Of a DNA stretch of 64,000 bases, positions 11,680-24,969 are shown piece after piece (position 1 is the first letter of the stretch; the number at the start of each line of letters is the position of its first letter). The notes beneath the pieces were generated by a model. That model was not told the origin of the DNA, ran no database searches, and was given only the letters and a program-made list of their open reading frames with translations. This stretch comes from Mobula birostris. Taxonomy: Eukaryota. The stretch is from positions 32,207,097-32,271,096 of the forward strand of contig NC_092397.1 in assembly GCF_030028105.1 (NCBI RefSeq), read 5' to 3'. A program made the position numbers and the translations under genes.

Positions 11680-12940
11680 GAAGCAACAGCAGATGCTGTC
11701 TCGTTGGCTCTTCACACAACTCTGGAACATCTTTTCAGCAAAGATGCAAACATCTGAATGCCCTTTATTGATTACAGCTCAGCACTCAACACCATCATCC
11801 CTTCAAAACTAATCAGTAAACTCCCAGTCCTGGGCCTCAATACTCCCATGTGAAATTGGATCCTGGATTTCCTCAGGTGCAGACCCCAGCCAGTTCAGAT
11901 TGGCAAAAACGTCTCCTCCACAATCTCTATCAGCACAGGAGCACCATAGGGAAGTGTGCTTAGCCCCCAGCTCTACTCGCTTTACACCTATGACTGTGTG
12001 GCTGAGTACAGCTCCAACACCGTATACAAGTTTGCTGATGACACCACTGTTGTGGGCTGTATCAAAGGTGGCGATGAATTGGCATGCAGTAGGGTGACAG
12101 AAAACTTGGTTGAGTGGCATAATAACAACAACCTCTCAATCAATGTCAGTGAGACCAAGGGACAGATTGTTGACTTCAGCAGGGGATCTGGAGGTACATG
12201 AGCCAGTAATCAAAGTACGATCAAAAGTGGAGAGAGTCAGTAACTTTAAATTCCTGTGTGTCACTCTCTCAGAGGACCGGTCCTGGACCCATCATATAAA
12301 TATTACTGTGAACAAGGCATGACAGCTTTTCTACTTCCTCAGGAATCTCAGAGATTCAGCATGCCATTGAAAACTTTGTCAAACTTCTATAAATGTCTGA
12401 TGGTAGGTGTGCTGACTGGCAGCATTATGAACTGGTATAGGAACACCAATGTCTTTGAGTGGAAATTCCTACAAAGCTAGTGGATTCAGCCCAGCTACAT
12501 CACGGGTAAAACATTCATAACCACTGAGCACATCTACATGAAACATAGCCGTAGGGAAGCAACATCCATCATCAAAGATCCTCACCACCCAGGCAATGCT
12601 CTTTTCTCACTGCTGCCATCAGGCAGAAGGTACAGGTGCCTCAGTACACGCTCCACCAGGTTCAAGAACAGTCACTACCCCTCAACCATCAGGGACTTGA
12701 ACAAAAGGGGATAGATACACTCACGTCAGGACTCTTTTCAGGACTCTGTTACATGGTTATTTCATGCTCATTATTTATTGCTTTTTTTTCTGAATTTTCA
12801 CTGTTTGTTTACAGTTTATAATTCCTCATATTTACAGTTCACAGGAAGTTATATTGATTTGCTAAGAATTGCCGCAGGAAAGAATCTCAGGGTTGTATGT
12901 GGTGACATGAATCTACTGTGAGAATAGATTTTACTTTGAA
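11680..12940 (+). mobile_element. Rex1/Babar-like LINE, decayed RT and 3' end
   Basis: LSPQLYSLYTYDC..KFADDTTVVG (ORF 11956), KVERVSNFKFL, DPHHPGNALFSLLPSGRRY; frameshifted. Confidence 0.8.
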
Positions 12941-13199
12941 CCAGATGGTGATATTTTCGTACCATGAGGACAACTTACTTTGGGTTAAAATTTTGGCTTT
13001 GACAATATTTTTCCGTGACGCTCTTTCTTCATGAATTTTTCAGTGATCTAGTTACAAGGTTTTTACCCCAAATTATAAAAGATTATCCAACAAAAATATG
13101 CAAAATACAAACATTAAATATGTATAATGCCGCAGAGTCATATTAAAATATGAATATTACTGTCTCTAACACACTCAATTCCCGTGGGTGGGGAGGGAG

Positions 13200-13424
13200 T
13201 CACCGATCCCGGAAATCTCCATCTGCACCCACTCTGTTTACAATGGTCGGAAGTTTTTCAGCGGCTCCACTGATTGACAGCTCCCTCTGCCCCGCCTCCC
13301 GGGCGGCGCACTCACCGTCACGTGACACACCGAGACAACCAATCAGTGACGGAGTGACGTCACAGATGTCCCACCTCCGTCGTTTCTTGGGGAACAGTAA
13401 ATTCTGGCTGGTGGCGTCAGGACT
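13200..13424 (+). promoter_or_regulatory. CpG-rich Pol II promoter: CLEAR/E-box, CCAAT and CRE
   Basis: GTCACGTGAC 13317-13326, CCAAT 13339-13343, GTGACGTCAC 13354-13363, GC box at ~13290, CCGGAA at ~13209. Confidence 0.65.
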
Positions 13425-13486
13425 ATGGCGACGTGGGCTCGATCGTTTCGGCTCCGCTGTGGGATCCTCTTCCTACCCACGGAACA
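13425..13486 (+). CDS. Putative first coding exon (MATWARSFRLRCGILFLPTE..) of an unidentified gene or gene fragment
   Basis: ACT-ATG-G Kozak context just downstream of the promoter, ending at the donor CA|GTGAGT (13487). No downstream exons recognised. Confidence 0.35.
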
Positions 13487-15774
13487 GTGAGTGTCTGTCA
13501 GCGCCTCACTGCACCGGCTCTCTGCCTCAGGTACAATATTTAAAACATATTTGCACAGTCACATGGATTGGAAAGGTTGAGAGGGATACGGGCCGAATGC
13601 AGGCAGATGGGCCGAGTTCAGGTCGACAACTTGGTCGGCGGGGATGAGTTGTACCGAAGGGACTGTTTCATTTCTGTATAAACCAGTGACTCTGTTTTGG
13701 AGTTAATTCCGGATGCCAGTTATTCTCTGTGTGAAATATTTACCCCTCAGATCCCCTTTAAATCTGTCTTTAAACAGTTTTGCCCAACTCTAATGAGAGG
13801 CAGTTCTTTGGCTGACAAGGCAAGTAGAACACACAACCCTGTCTACCTGTGATGCCACATACAGGGAACTGTGTAACAATATTAGAGGCACATGCACAGG
13901 GGCTTCAGTGAGCAAGGCCCAGAGGGATATGAAACTAATGCAGGAAAGTGGGATTAGTATAGCTGTGCATGATGGGGAACATAAATGTGATGGGCCAGAG
14001 GGTCTGTTTCTATCCTGTACAACCCTGACCACAGCAGTCCTCCAATGCAGTGGGGTTTGCCACCTTCATTCTCAGCTGTGAGCTTGTTCCACTGAACCCC
14101 TTATCCTCTGAGAAGACATTTGCACCCTCCCACCGTGAGCAAGCTGTCAGCCATCTGTCCGGATATCACCCAGAGTACTTCACCAAATTCCTATTTCAAA
14201 GTATTGTAACTGGTGCCCAGGAAATGGGAGCATTTTGGTAGCCTTTTAAGGGGGTTTGTTCAGTACTTGACCATTAATACCTTTGTACAACAAAAATCCA
14301 TCGTACTGGGTTCTGAATGTTTTAGCTGAGTCCATCCTGAAGTTCTGTGTTTCAGGTTCCCACTGCACTTTCACAGTCAGTGGTTTCTGCATGTCCATAG
14401 TGGCCATCGAGAATCTGTCTTTGCTAACTCAGCATTTGGTCTGTCTCCTACCCTGCCTTGGTGATTCAAATGCTCATCCAGATGGTCCTTAAATACCAGC
14501 CTGCACCAGCCCCTCAGGCAGAGTGTTCCAGATTGTAACCTCCTGGGGAGCGAGGGCAGTTTTCCTCAGATCCTCTTTAAACCACACATTTCTCCCATTC
14601 AACTTAGTTGCACACACCGCATACTTGTGTGTATTAAATTCCATCTGCCATTTTTCCAGCTGGTCCACGTCCCATGTCAAGATTAGCAATCCTTCCTCGC
14701 TGTCCTCTGCACCCTTAATCTTGGTGTCATCTGTAAATTTGCTGATCCAGTTTAATACATTCTCATCCAGATCATTAATACAGATGGAAAACAACAATGG
14801 ACCTAGCACTGGGAAGTTTAACCAGGGCAGGATGTACACAGTGAATGACAGGTTCCTGAGAAGTGTTCATGAACAGAGACTTTGTGTGTTTCTGCCTCCG
14901 CTACTTCCTCTGGCGGCTCATTTGGGATACCAGCTATTCTCTGTTACATTGACTGTTCCATTTATAATAAATTACTGTGATTGCATAGTTAGACGGAGAC
15001 ATGATGTAAAGATTTTTACTCCTGATACATGTGAAGGATGTAAGAAATAAGGTCAATTCAATTCTCCATGCGAAATATTTACCCTCAGATCACCTTAAAA
15101 CCTCCTCCCTCTCACCTTAAATCCATTCCCTTCAGTTTTAGACAGTTTTATTCGGAAAACAGTCTCTGTCTCTCTAACCTTTATATGCCTCACATAATTT
15201 TATCCACCTCCATCAACTCACCTTTCAGATCCCCTTTCAACCTCCAATCTGTCACGCCAAAACTACTCCCTTCAGTTTTCAGAGTGAGAAAACTGTTCCT
15301 TCCCTAGAAGACCCTGGGGAGTGAACAGTTTGTGCCTACCCATCTCCAGATGATTCCATTAATCCATGAAACTGTCCCCTGCACCAGATTCTCAGCCACA
15401 CATTCATCAGTGGTATCTTCCTATATCTCCCTGCACTAACAAGTGTCACTGGCGGTAATATAAAGCTTAGTAATTTTAGTTTCTCTCTTCTTTCTCTATA
15501 TTTACTGCACAGGGCACATCCCGCCTCCTCCCTACATTGCTATTACTAACATGCACCGTCCACCACCATGTCTGGCTGCTCAGCCTTCCATTTGAAATGT
15601 CCTGCGACTGCTGCGAGACCATCAGACCATGAAGTACAGGAGAAGAATTAGGCCATTTGGCCCCATGCAGTTTGCTGCACCATTCTGCCAGGGATCAACG
15701 ATCATGACAGGTCTCTTAACCCTCTCAAATCCTCTTCCTATCCCCACCAAGAATCAAGAACCTCCACATTAAAT

Positions 15775-17900
15775 ACAGTCATGTCACTTTTTATTGTCAT
15801 TTCGACCATAAACTGCTGGTGCAGTACGCAGTAAAAACAAAACAACATTCCTCCAGGACCATGGTGCTACATGAAACAACACAAAACTACACTAGACTAA
15901 GTGAGATAAGAAAAGGTGACACAGAAACTACACTGGACTACAGACCTACACAAAGTGCACAAAACAGTGCAGGGCAGTACAATAAATAATAAACAAAACA
16001 ATAGCCACAGTACAGGACAAATTACAATATAATAATGATGTAGCTGTCAGTCTAGACTCAGGGTATTAAGGAGTCGGATGGCTTGGGGGAAGAAACTGTT
16101 ACCCAGTCTGGTCGTGTGAGCCCGAATGCATCGGTACCTTTTGCCAGATGGCAGGAGGGAGAAGAGTTTGTATGAGGGGTGTGTGGGGTCCTTCACAATG
16201 CTGTTGGCTTTACGGGTGCAGCGTGTGGTGTAAATGTCTGTAATGGTGGGAAGAGAGACCCCGATGATGATCTCAGCTGTCCTCACTATCCGCTGCAGGG
16301 TCTTGCAATCCGAGACAGTGCAATTTCTGAACCAGGCAGTGATGATGCAATATCCCCAATGAATTGGCCACAGCCGTCTGTGGGGATGAATTCAGAGTCA
16401 GAACCAGAATTAAGTTCATTACCACCAGCAGGTGTCATGAAATTTGTTAATTTAGCAGCAGCAGTTTAATGCAGTACATGATAATATAGAGAGAATAAAT
16501 AAATCAGTATGTGTGTATAGGGATACATATATTATGTAAATTAAAAACAGTGCAAAAACAAATAATATAGTTTAAATAATATACAGTATATAGAATACAT
16601 CTATAGCAGTTTTTGAGTGTTTTAAAGTGACAGACCAAATATCTTCAAACTCCTGATAAAATATATCCACTGTCTTGCCTTTTTTATACTGTAGCTGCAT
16701 CAATATGTTGGGACCAGGTTAGTTCCTCAGAGATGTTGACACCCAGGAATTTGAAATTGTTCACTCTCTCCACTTCTGATCCTTCTCTGAGAATTGGTTC
16801 GTGTTCCCTCATCGTACCCTTCCTTCAATCAGCTCTTTTGTTTTACTGACATTAAACACAAGGTTGTTGCTGTGACACCACTCAACTAGCTGGTAAATCT
16901 TACTCCTGTATGCCCTCTCCTCTCCATCTGAAATTCTACCAACAGCAGATTTGTAGTTGGCTTTTGAGCTATACTTAGTCACACGGTCCTGGTTATAGAG
17001 GGAGTAGAGCAGTCGGCTAAGCACACATCCCTGAGGTGCACCAGGGCCAGTGTTGATCGTCAGCGAAGAGAAGATATTAATTTGAACTTGAATTGACTTT
17101 ATTTCTTACATCCTTCACGTACATGAGCAGTAAAAATCTTTACGTTATGTCTCTGTCTAAATGTGCAATCATAGTGATTTATAATCATTGATAATAAATA
17201 GAACAGTCAATGTAACATAGAAATGCCCTCAAATCAGTGTGAGTTAATCAGTCTGATAGGCTGGTGGAAGAAGCTGTCCCGGAGCCTGTTGGTTCTGGCT
17301 TTTATGCTGCGGTACCATTTCCTGGATGGTTGCAGCTGGAATAGATTGTGGTTGGGGTGACTCAGGTCCCCAGTGATCCTTCAGGCTCTTTTCTCACACC
17401 TGTCTTTGTAAATGTCTTGAATCATGGGAAGTTCACAACTACAGATGTGCTGGCCTGTCCACACCACTCTCTGCAGAGTCCTGCGATTAAGGGAGGTTCA
17501 GTTCCCATATCAGGCAGTGATGCAGCCAGTCAGGATGCTCTCAATGGTGCCCCTGCAGAAAGTCCTTAGGATTTGGGGGCCCATAGCAAACTTCCTCAAC
17601 TGTCTGAGGTGAAAGTGACGCTGTTGTGCCTTTTTCACCACTCAGCCTGTATGTATAGACCATGTGAGCTCAGTAATATTGATGCCGAGGAACTTAAAGC
17701 TGTTTACCCTCTTAACCCCGGATCCATTGATGTCAATAGGGGTTAGCCCGACTCCATTAATCCACACATTCTGATTATCACCAGTCTGCACAGATTGTGG
17801 TCTCCCGGTTAGGAAGTCGAGGATCTAATTGCAGAGGGACCAGGTTCTGTAGTTTAGTAATCAGGATTGTGGGAATGATGGTGTTAAGCACTGAGCTCTA
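15775..17900 (-). mobile_element. Nested Rex1/Babar-like LINE 3' fragments (at least three)
   Basis: ORF 16047..16286 KDPTHPSYKLFSLLPSGKRYR..NSFFPQAIRLLN; 16809..17024 LYSLY..LVFNVSKTKEL; a further copy at 17080-17760. Confidence 0.7.
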
Positions 17901-17919
17901 GTCAATGAACAACATCCTG

Positions 17920-20370
17920 ACACAGGCTTCACAGATTCACTACCTTTACTGAGGAAATTACTCCTCATCTTTGTTCTAACAGGGTGTCCTAGTATTCTGA
18001 CGCTGTGCCCTGTGGTCCCAGACTGCCCCACTCCATCCCAGGCCTTTCGATATTTGATTGGTTTCAACAAGATTCCCTCATTCTTCTAAAGTCCATTGAG
18101 TACAGGCCCAGAGCCATCAAACAATCCTTGTGCATTAACCCTTTTATTGCCAGGATCATTCTTGTGAACCTCCTCTGGACCCTCTCCTATGCGAGCACGT
18201 ACTTTTTTAGATAAGGGGCCCAAAACAGTTGACAATACTCCAAGTGTGAGCAGACCAATGCCTTATCAATCTTCAGCATTACATCCTTGCTTTTGCATTG
18301 TACTCCTCTCTAAATGAATGCTAACATGGCATTTGGCTCTTCCTTGCCACCGACTCAACCAGCAAGTTTATCTTTTGGTAATTCTGCACATCTGAGACGT
18401 GCCTGACCCTGGTACCCAGGAGGGGACACACCATCGTGTCATCTCTGTTGCGGCCACAGAATCTCCTGCACATCCCCTGTACTGTGAGTCTGCTGTCATC
18501 ACTGCTCTGCTTGACCGTTCCTCCCGCGGAGCATCGGACCGGGGTGTCAGTACCACTGACCTGACGGGCTGCTGTGCTCTGGTTCGTCATCCTCCCAGGG
18601 GTAAACAAATGAGTGTACTTGTTTCTGAGGGTCACAGCCACAGGGAGACATTGCACTGTCTGTCTCTTCCCCTTTCCAGTCGTGGTCGTGACCAAACTAT
18701 TTGCAGCCTGACCTCAGGTTTGACCAACCCACTGAATCTCTGGTCTCAGCATCCTGGAAACTCTGGGTCTGTCCATCTCCAGCTCCATTTCCTTCACACG
18801 GTCAGTCAGGAGCGTTACCTCTTTCAGAACCCTGGGGTACAGTTCATCTGGTCCGGGTGACTCATGAACCCTCAGGTCTTTCAGCTTTTTGAGCACCTTT
18901 TCCCTTGTAATAATAACTGTTCTTCTCTTCCCTCACACCCTTCAGCACCTGGCACACTGCTAGTATCTTCCACTGATACAAAATACTCATTTAGTTCATC
19001 TGCCATTTCCTTGTATCCCCCCCAACCCCCGCCGTTATTATTCCTCTGGCCTCATTTTCTAGCAGACCTTTACCCAGTCTCACCTCTCTTTTATTTTTAT
19101 GTACTTGAAAAAGCTAAAACTATCCATTTTGATCATGTTTGCCAGCTTGCTTGCATGTTTCATCTCTTCCCTCTTTAGGTTGCTCTCTGTCAGCTGTTAA
19201 AGCTTCCCGATCCTCTGTATTCTGAATAATTTTTGCTTGTTGTATGCCCTCCCTTTTGGTTTTACATTAGCATTGACTTCCTTGTCAGCCACGGTTGTAC
19301 TATTTTGCCATTTGAGTATTTGTTTGTTTCTGGAATACATTTATCCTACACCTTCCTCATTTTCCCCAGAAACTCACACCATTGCTGCTCTGCTGCCATC
19401 CCTGCCGGCATTTCCTTCCAATTTACTTTAGCCAACTCCTCTCTCAAACCACTGTAACTACCTTAAATCCACTGAAACACTGCTGTGTCAGACTGTACAT
19501 TCTCCCTGTCCAATTTCAAGTTGAACTCAGTGATACTGAGACCACTGCCTCCTAAGGGTTCTTTTACCTTCAGCTCCCAAATCACCTCCAGTTTATTCAA
19601 TAACACATAATCCAGTATAGGTGATCCGCTAGTACCTCAATGACAAACTGCTCCAAAAAGCCATCTGTTCAGCATTCAGCAAACTCACTCTCTTGAGATC
19701 TATTTCCAACCTGATTTTCCCAATCAACCTGCATGTTAAAATCTCCCCTGACTCCCATGAAATCTCAAATAACATTCCCCTTTTGACCTGCCTTTTCTAT
19801 TTCCTGTTGTAATCTGTGGCCCACATCCCAGCAACTGTTGTAGGCCTGTGTACAACTGCCATCAACGTCCTTTTTACACTTGCAGGTTTTTACCTCAACT
19901 CACAAGGATTCAACATCTTCCGATCCTTTGTCACATCTTTCTACTGATTTGTTACCATTCTTTATCAGCAGAGCCATTCCATCCCCATTGCCTACCTTCC
20001 TATCCCGCTGATACGTGTAACCTTGGGCACTTAGCTCCCAACTACAAACATTCTTCAGCCGTGATTCAGTGATGGTCACAACAATCTATAATAGGGCAAT
20101 AAGATTATCCACCTTATTTCTTATACTCTGTGTATTGAGATATAACAGTTTGAGTACTGTATTTGCTACCCTTATTGATTCTGCATCCCTCATGCACTGA
20201 TACTCACCCTGCTGGCTGCAGTTATGTCCTATCATCTGCCTGCCCTTCCTGACAGTGTGACTGCATGTGATCTTTGCTTTCTTTACCATCTGTCCTACCC
20301 TGAGTCTTTTCATGCCTGTTCCCACGCCCCTGCCAAATTAGTTTCAACCCTCCCCAACTGCTCTAACAAA
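17920..20370 (-). mobile_element. Fragmented CR1 LINEs (3' end, ORF1 esterase-like piece, EN domain)
   Basis: 18400-18690 RRFCGRNRD..MVCPLLGTRVRHVSD (ORF1); SPGPDELYPRVLKE; LKLLYLNTQSIRNKVDNL. Confidence 0.7.
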
Positions 20371-21404
20371 CCAGCAGTATGCCCACAAGAAAACTAATCT
20401 CAGGGTTGTATATGGTGACAGAAATGTATTTTGATAGTACATTTACTTTCAGCTTTGAACTTTGTAGTAGAGAGCCGGGTGTTGTACTGGTCTGTGTCCT
20501 CACTGGCCGGTGTTGTGCTCTGGCAGCTCAGTGTGCTTGGTATACAGTGTCAGTATTTCGACAGAAGTGTGTCCTTATTACACAATTGATCTTGTCCATC
20601 CTGGAGCTTGGAAGATTCACTGGCGACCAGAATGATCCTTTCAGACTATTATTGGGCAGAGAATCATTCTGTGATCGTCGAGACTATTTGACCCATCAAG
20701 TTAATACCAACTCCTGCTACAACATTTCCACAGTCCCATTCCCCACTCTGTCCCCACAGCTCTGCAGGTCATTTCCCCTGAACGACTTGTCTAATTCCTC
20801 TTTGAACACTGGTTGTTCCTTCCACCACTCTGCTGAGTCCCATATTTCCCAAGGTGAAGTCAAGAATGTCCCCCTCCCTGGTGGACGACATATTGTTTCA
20901 GGAAACCTTCCTGAACACAAATAATGCCCCATCCAAGCCTCAGGGTGTAACGGAGTCCCAGTTACTCTGAGGAGATATTCACTCACCAAATCTACTCTGC
21001 AGTTTTTGCATCATCCCATAACCTGCTAACATATCTGTTTCTGTCTCTTACTGGCTATTGGGAGGCCGACAGTATAATCCCATCATGGTGATTGCACCTT
21101 TCTTATTCCTGATTTCTACCCACATTGTCTTACTGGATGAGCCTCTGGGATGACCTTGACCTTGTGACATTCTGCCTGATCAGCAGTACAGAGCCCGAAC
21201 CTCATTCACCTCCCCTGGACTGTCTGAATCATCTGAATCCTGGAATGTTTATCTGTCAGTGCTGCCCTTCTCTCAGCCAGATCTCTGTAATGGCTGAGTC
21301 AGCATGCCATGTACTAATCCAGGCTCTAAGTACGTCTGCCGTAACCGTTCCACACTGCACTGATATAAACACACTTCAGGCCCTCAGTGCCACTGTGCTC
21401 AGTA

Positions 21405-21865
21405 ACTCGGCCTAACTTCACAGTGGTGTACTGGGCCAATGGCACCAACACGGGTGATGCCATCTGACTCAATAAACTGATTGGAAAGGCTGGTTCTGTT
21501 ATAGGAGTCAAACTGGACACACTGGGGGCCGTGGTAAAACAAAGGACCCAACGGAAAATCCTGGCAATTCTGGACAATGTTTCTCACCCTCTGCATGCCA
21601 CCTTGGCTGAACAGAGGAGCACCTTCTGTAACAGAATAAGACAACTCTGCTGCTCCAAGGAGCGCTGTATGAAGTCATTCTTACACTGGGCTGTCAGGGT
21701 CAATAATGAGTCAACCTATAGCCGGGGAAGTGATGACCCCCCCCCCCCCCACCCCACCCCCATGTTAGACTGTTGGAGGTAACTTACTTTTTATTCTTTC
21801 TCTTGCTTCTCTTCTGATATTTGTATATCTGTGCACTTGTAATGCTACTGAGACACTGTAATTTA
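21405..21865 (+). mobile_element. Rex1-like 3' fragment present only in the left arm
   Basis: ILDNVSHPLHATL..ERCMKSFL; absent from the paralogous position (~63270). Confidence 0.6.
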
Positions 21866-22099
21866 TCCATTTGGACTTACTTCCTGTGTTAATCCACATC
21901 CGTCAATGCCAGTTGCTGACATCTTACTCTTCCCATCACCTGTCCTGAAGGAGAGCCCAATGATCCATGTAACTAAAACCCTCCATCCTGCACCAGCTCG
22001 TGAACCACACATATAACTGTATCACACTTTTATTTCTTCCCTCGCTAGCAGGTGGCACTGGGATTTCCACCCCCCCCCCCCCCGACCACAGAGTTTCCA

Positions 22100-24330
22100 C
22101 TTAACTTTTTCCCCAACTCCCTGAGTTCTCCTTGCAGGACTTTTCTCTTTTGTTGGTGTCAATATGGACCACGACCTCTGGCTGCTCACCCTGCCCTTTC
22201 AGAATGGCCTGTACTTGTTCAATTCCATCCTTGGCCCTGGTACCAGGGAGGCAATGCACCATCGTGCAGTCTCTCTCCTTGCCACAGATACACTTGTCTG
22301 TGACCCCGGCTAAAGACTCCCCTGTCACTGAGGCTCACCGAGAACACAGAACAGTACAGCACAGGAACAGACCCTTCTTCCCATGATGTCTGTGCTGAAC
22401 ACGATGCCAAATGAAACTAAGTCTCTTCTGCCTGCTTATAATTCATGTGCTTCAATTCTCTGAATATTCATTTGGTTATCTAAAACCCTGTTAAATGTCA
22501 TTATCATATCTGCTTCCACCACTCCCCATGGCAGCCCATACCCGGCCCTCACCACTCTCTGTACAGAAACAGAAATCTTACCTGTCCTAATGTCCACCTT
22601 TAAATTCTCACCCTGGCATTTTAAAGCTGCGCCTTCTCATATTTGATATTTCTACCCTGGCAAAATGATCTTGCCTGTTTACCTTGTTTACACCTCTCAT
22701 AGTTCTATAATCTTCTGTCAGGTCTCCCCCTCAGTCTCCTTCACTCCAGGGAAAACAGTCCCAGTCAGTCTGATATTTCCTTGTAACTCAAGCCCCCAGA
22801 GCAGGTAACATTCCTGTGAATTGTTTCTGCACCTTTCCAGCTTCATCACATCCTTCCTCTCATGTAACCAGAACTGCACAGGGTACTCCTGGTGTGGTGT
22901 CATTATTGATTTGTACAACTGTAATGTGATGTCCCAACTCCTCTCAGAGCCTTTGCCGATGAAGACAAGCATGTTGTGCTCCTTCTTCACCACCTTGTCT
23001 GCCTGTGTTGCCACTTTCAGGGAGTACGGTACCTGTGCCCCAGGTTTCTCTTTCATCAACACTCCTCAGGACCCTCCATTCACTGGGTATGTCCTGACCT
23101 GCTTTAACTTCCTAAAATCCATCATTGTGCACTTGTCTGTCACAGTAGCAACACTTCTCTGTTTCTCTGCACCAACACCCCAGCAGTAAATGTCAATGGA
23201 CCATTCAGCTCTAAACCTTGGTCATATATGGCTTTATGAACCACTCACTGCTCCTGTCTCTATTTTGTTGTGTAGTTCAGCACCTCGACCCCTCTCTATT
23301 TCTCTCATTTATAATTTATCTCCACATAAATAATAGTTTGACTTTTGATTCCTCCTACCACTCGACATGCCTTCACACTTCACCACATTAAACTCCGTTT
23401 ACCATGTATTCTGCTCACCAGCTTCCCATGTCCCATTGAAGAGATGAAATGTCCAATCACAACATGTCCCCCACCACATTCACTGTCATTGCCACCGTGG
23501 ATTCCTCACTCTCTGCCGCTCCTCCGGGTCATTAATATCAATAATAAATCATTGACGATCCAGAACTGGTCGCTGGGACACTCCACTAGTAATATCATCC
23601 CAGTCTGAAACAGACCTGTTATTCTGTCTCAGTATGATGACCAGTCTTCAGTCAGTATTAACACACTTCCTTCCCAGTACTGAGCTCTGGTCTTGTGCAC
23701 CAGCCTTACTTGTGGCACCTTGGCAAATGGCTCCCGAAAATCCAAAAACACCACTTCTCCAACTTCCCCTGTAAAGTCTTAAATCTCTGGTGTGTTTGTC
23801 AAACATGACTTAACATTCAACAACCCAGGTTACAGGGTCCAAGACCAGGTTCCAGATGGACAGGGTGGTGAAGAGGCTTTTGGAACACTGGCCTTCACTC
23901 AGGGCCCCGAATATAGAAGCTGGGATGAGATGTTGCAGTTGTCCAACACGTTGGTTTGGCCACATTTTGCAAATAGTGTTTAGTTTCTGTGACCCTGCTG
24001 TATGACAGACACCATTCAGCTGGAAAGAGCACAGAGGAGATTTATGGGGATGTTACTGGATCTCAAAGGATTTGTGGAAAGGTGTTTTGGATAATTTTCC
24101 CTGTAATGTTGGAGAATGAGTGCTGATATTGCAGAGGTGTATAAAATCATGAGGGACCTGGAGGCTGGAAATGGAATGAGCTGCTAGGGGGAATGGTTGA
24201 GTCAGGGACATTAAAAAGGCACTTGGACAGATAGATGGAAAGAAAAGGTTTTGAAGTATCTGGGCCAAATGCAGAGAAATGGGACAAGGAGGAGGATAAC
24301 CTTCTTCATAATGTGGTGGTGAGGGGGTTA
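22100..24330. mobile_element. Patchwork of decayed CR1 fragments (ORF1 piece, RT 3' pieces) shared with 60940-63100
   Basis: MVHCLPGTRAKD..QPEVVVHI (ORF1) and LQLYKSIMTPHQEYPVQFW on minus; 23830-24290 on plus. Confidence 0.65.
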
Positions 24331-24969
24331 CAGACCACAAGCTCAGATGGGAACTTTGGTCATCGTGGAATCTGTGTGAACCTGACTGTAGACATTGAAC
24401 TTTTCCAAATGATTTGTTATTTCTTGATAGATTATCAACTCCAGTACCTGAAGTGAAGTTAACAGGACTACAGTTACCTGCTTTTTATCTTCCACCCTTC
24501 TTCAGCAATGGTTTTCAACTCCACTGGGACCTTTCTGTAACAGTGAGTTTTGACAAACTTCAATGTCTCTACTTTCTCTACAGACTTCCTGTGAAACCCT
24601 CCAGTGCAGGTCGTTGGGACCTGGTAAAGTTTGCTTTTAGTCCCATTAGTTTCTCCCTTGTGATGCCAATTGTTATACATTATGGCACAATGTTGAAATG
24701 TCACCGTTAGATATCTGTGGGATGTTTGCTGTGACCCACTGTGAGCACTAATGCAAATTATTGAGTGAACTTCTCTGCGTGTTCCTTTTTACTTTTAGCT
24801 TTTCACTGGTTCCTAGAAAATCTCTGATTCTCTTGTGCACCACCAGCGCCTCTTTGTATGTTCTTTGATTTAATATTTCCTTGAATGCCTTTGACCACAC
24901 CCCAGGATCTTGAGGCCGCTCCTACCAATGCTGTCTTTCCCTCCCCCTTTCACCATCATTGTCCCTACA

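Noticed and set aside
20379-20924. 181-aa ORF in the duplicated arm
   Set aside because: No recognisable domain, it starts in a repeat tail, and the paralog near 63940 has an indel in the frame.
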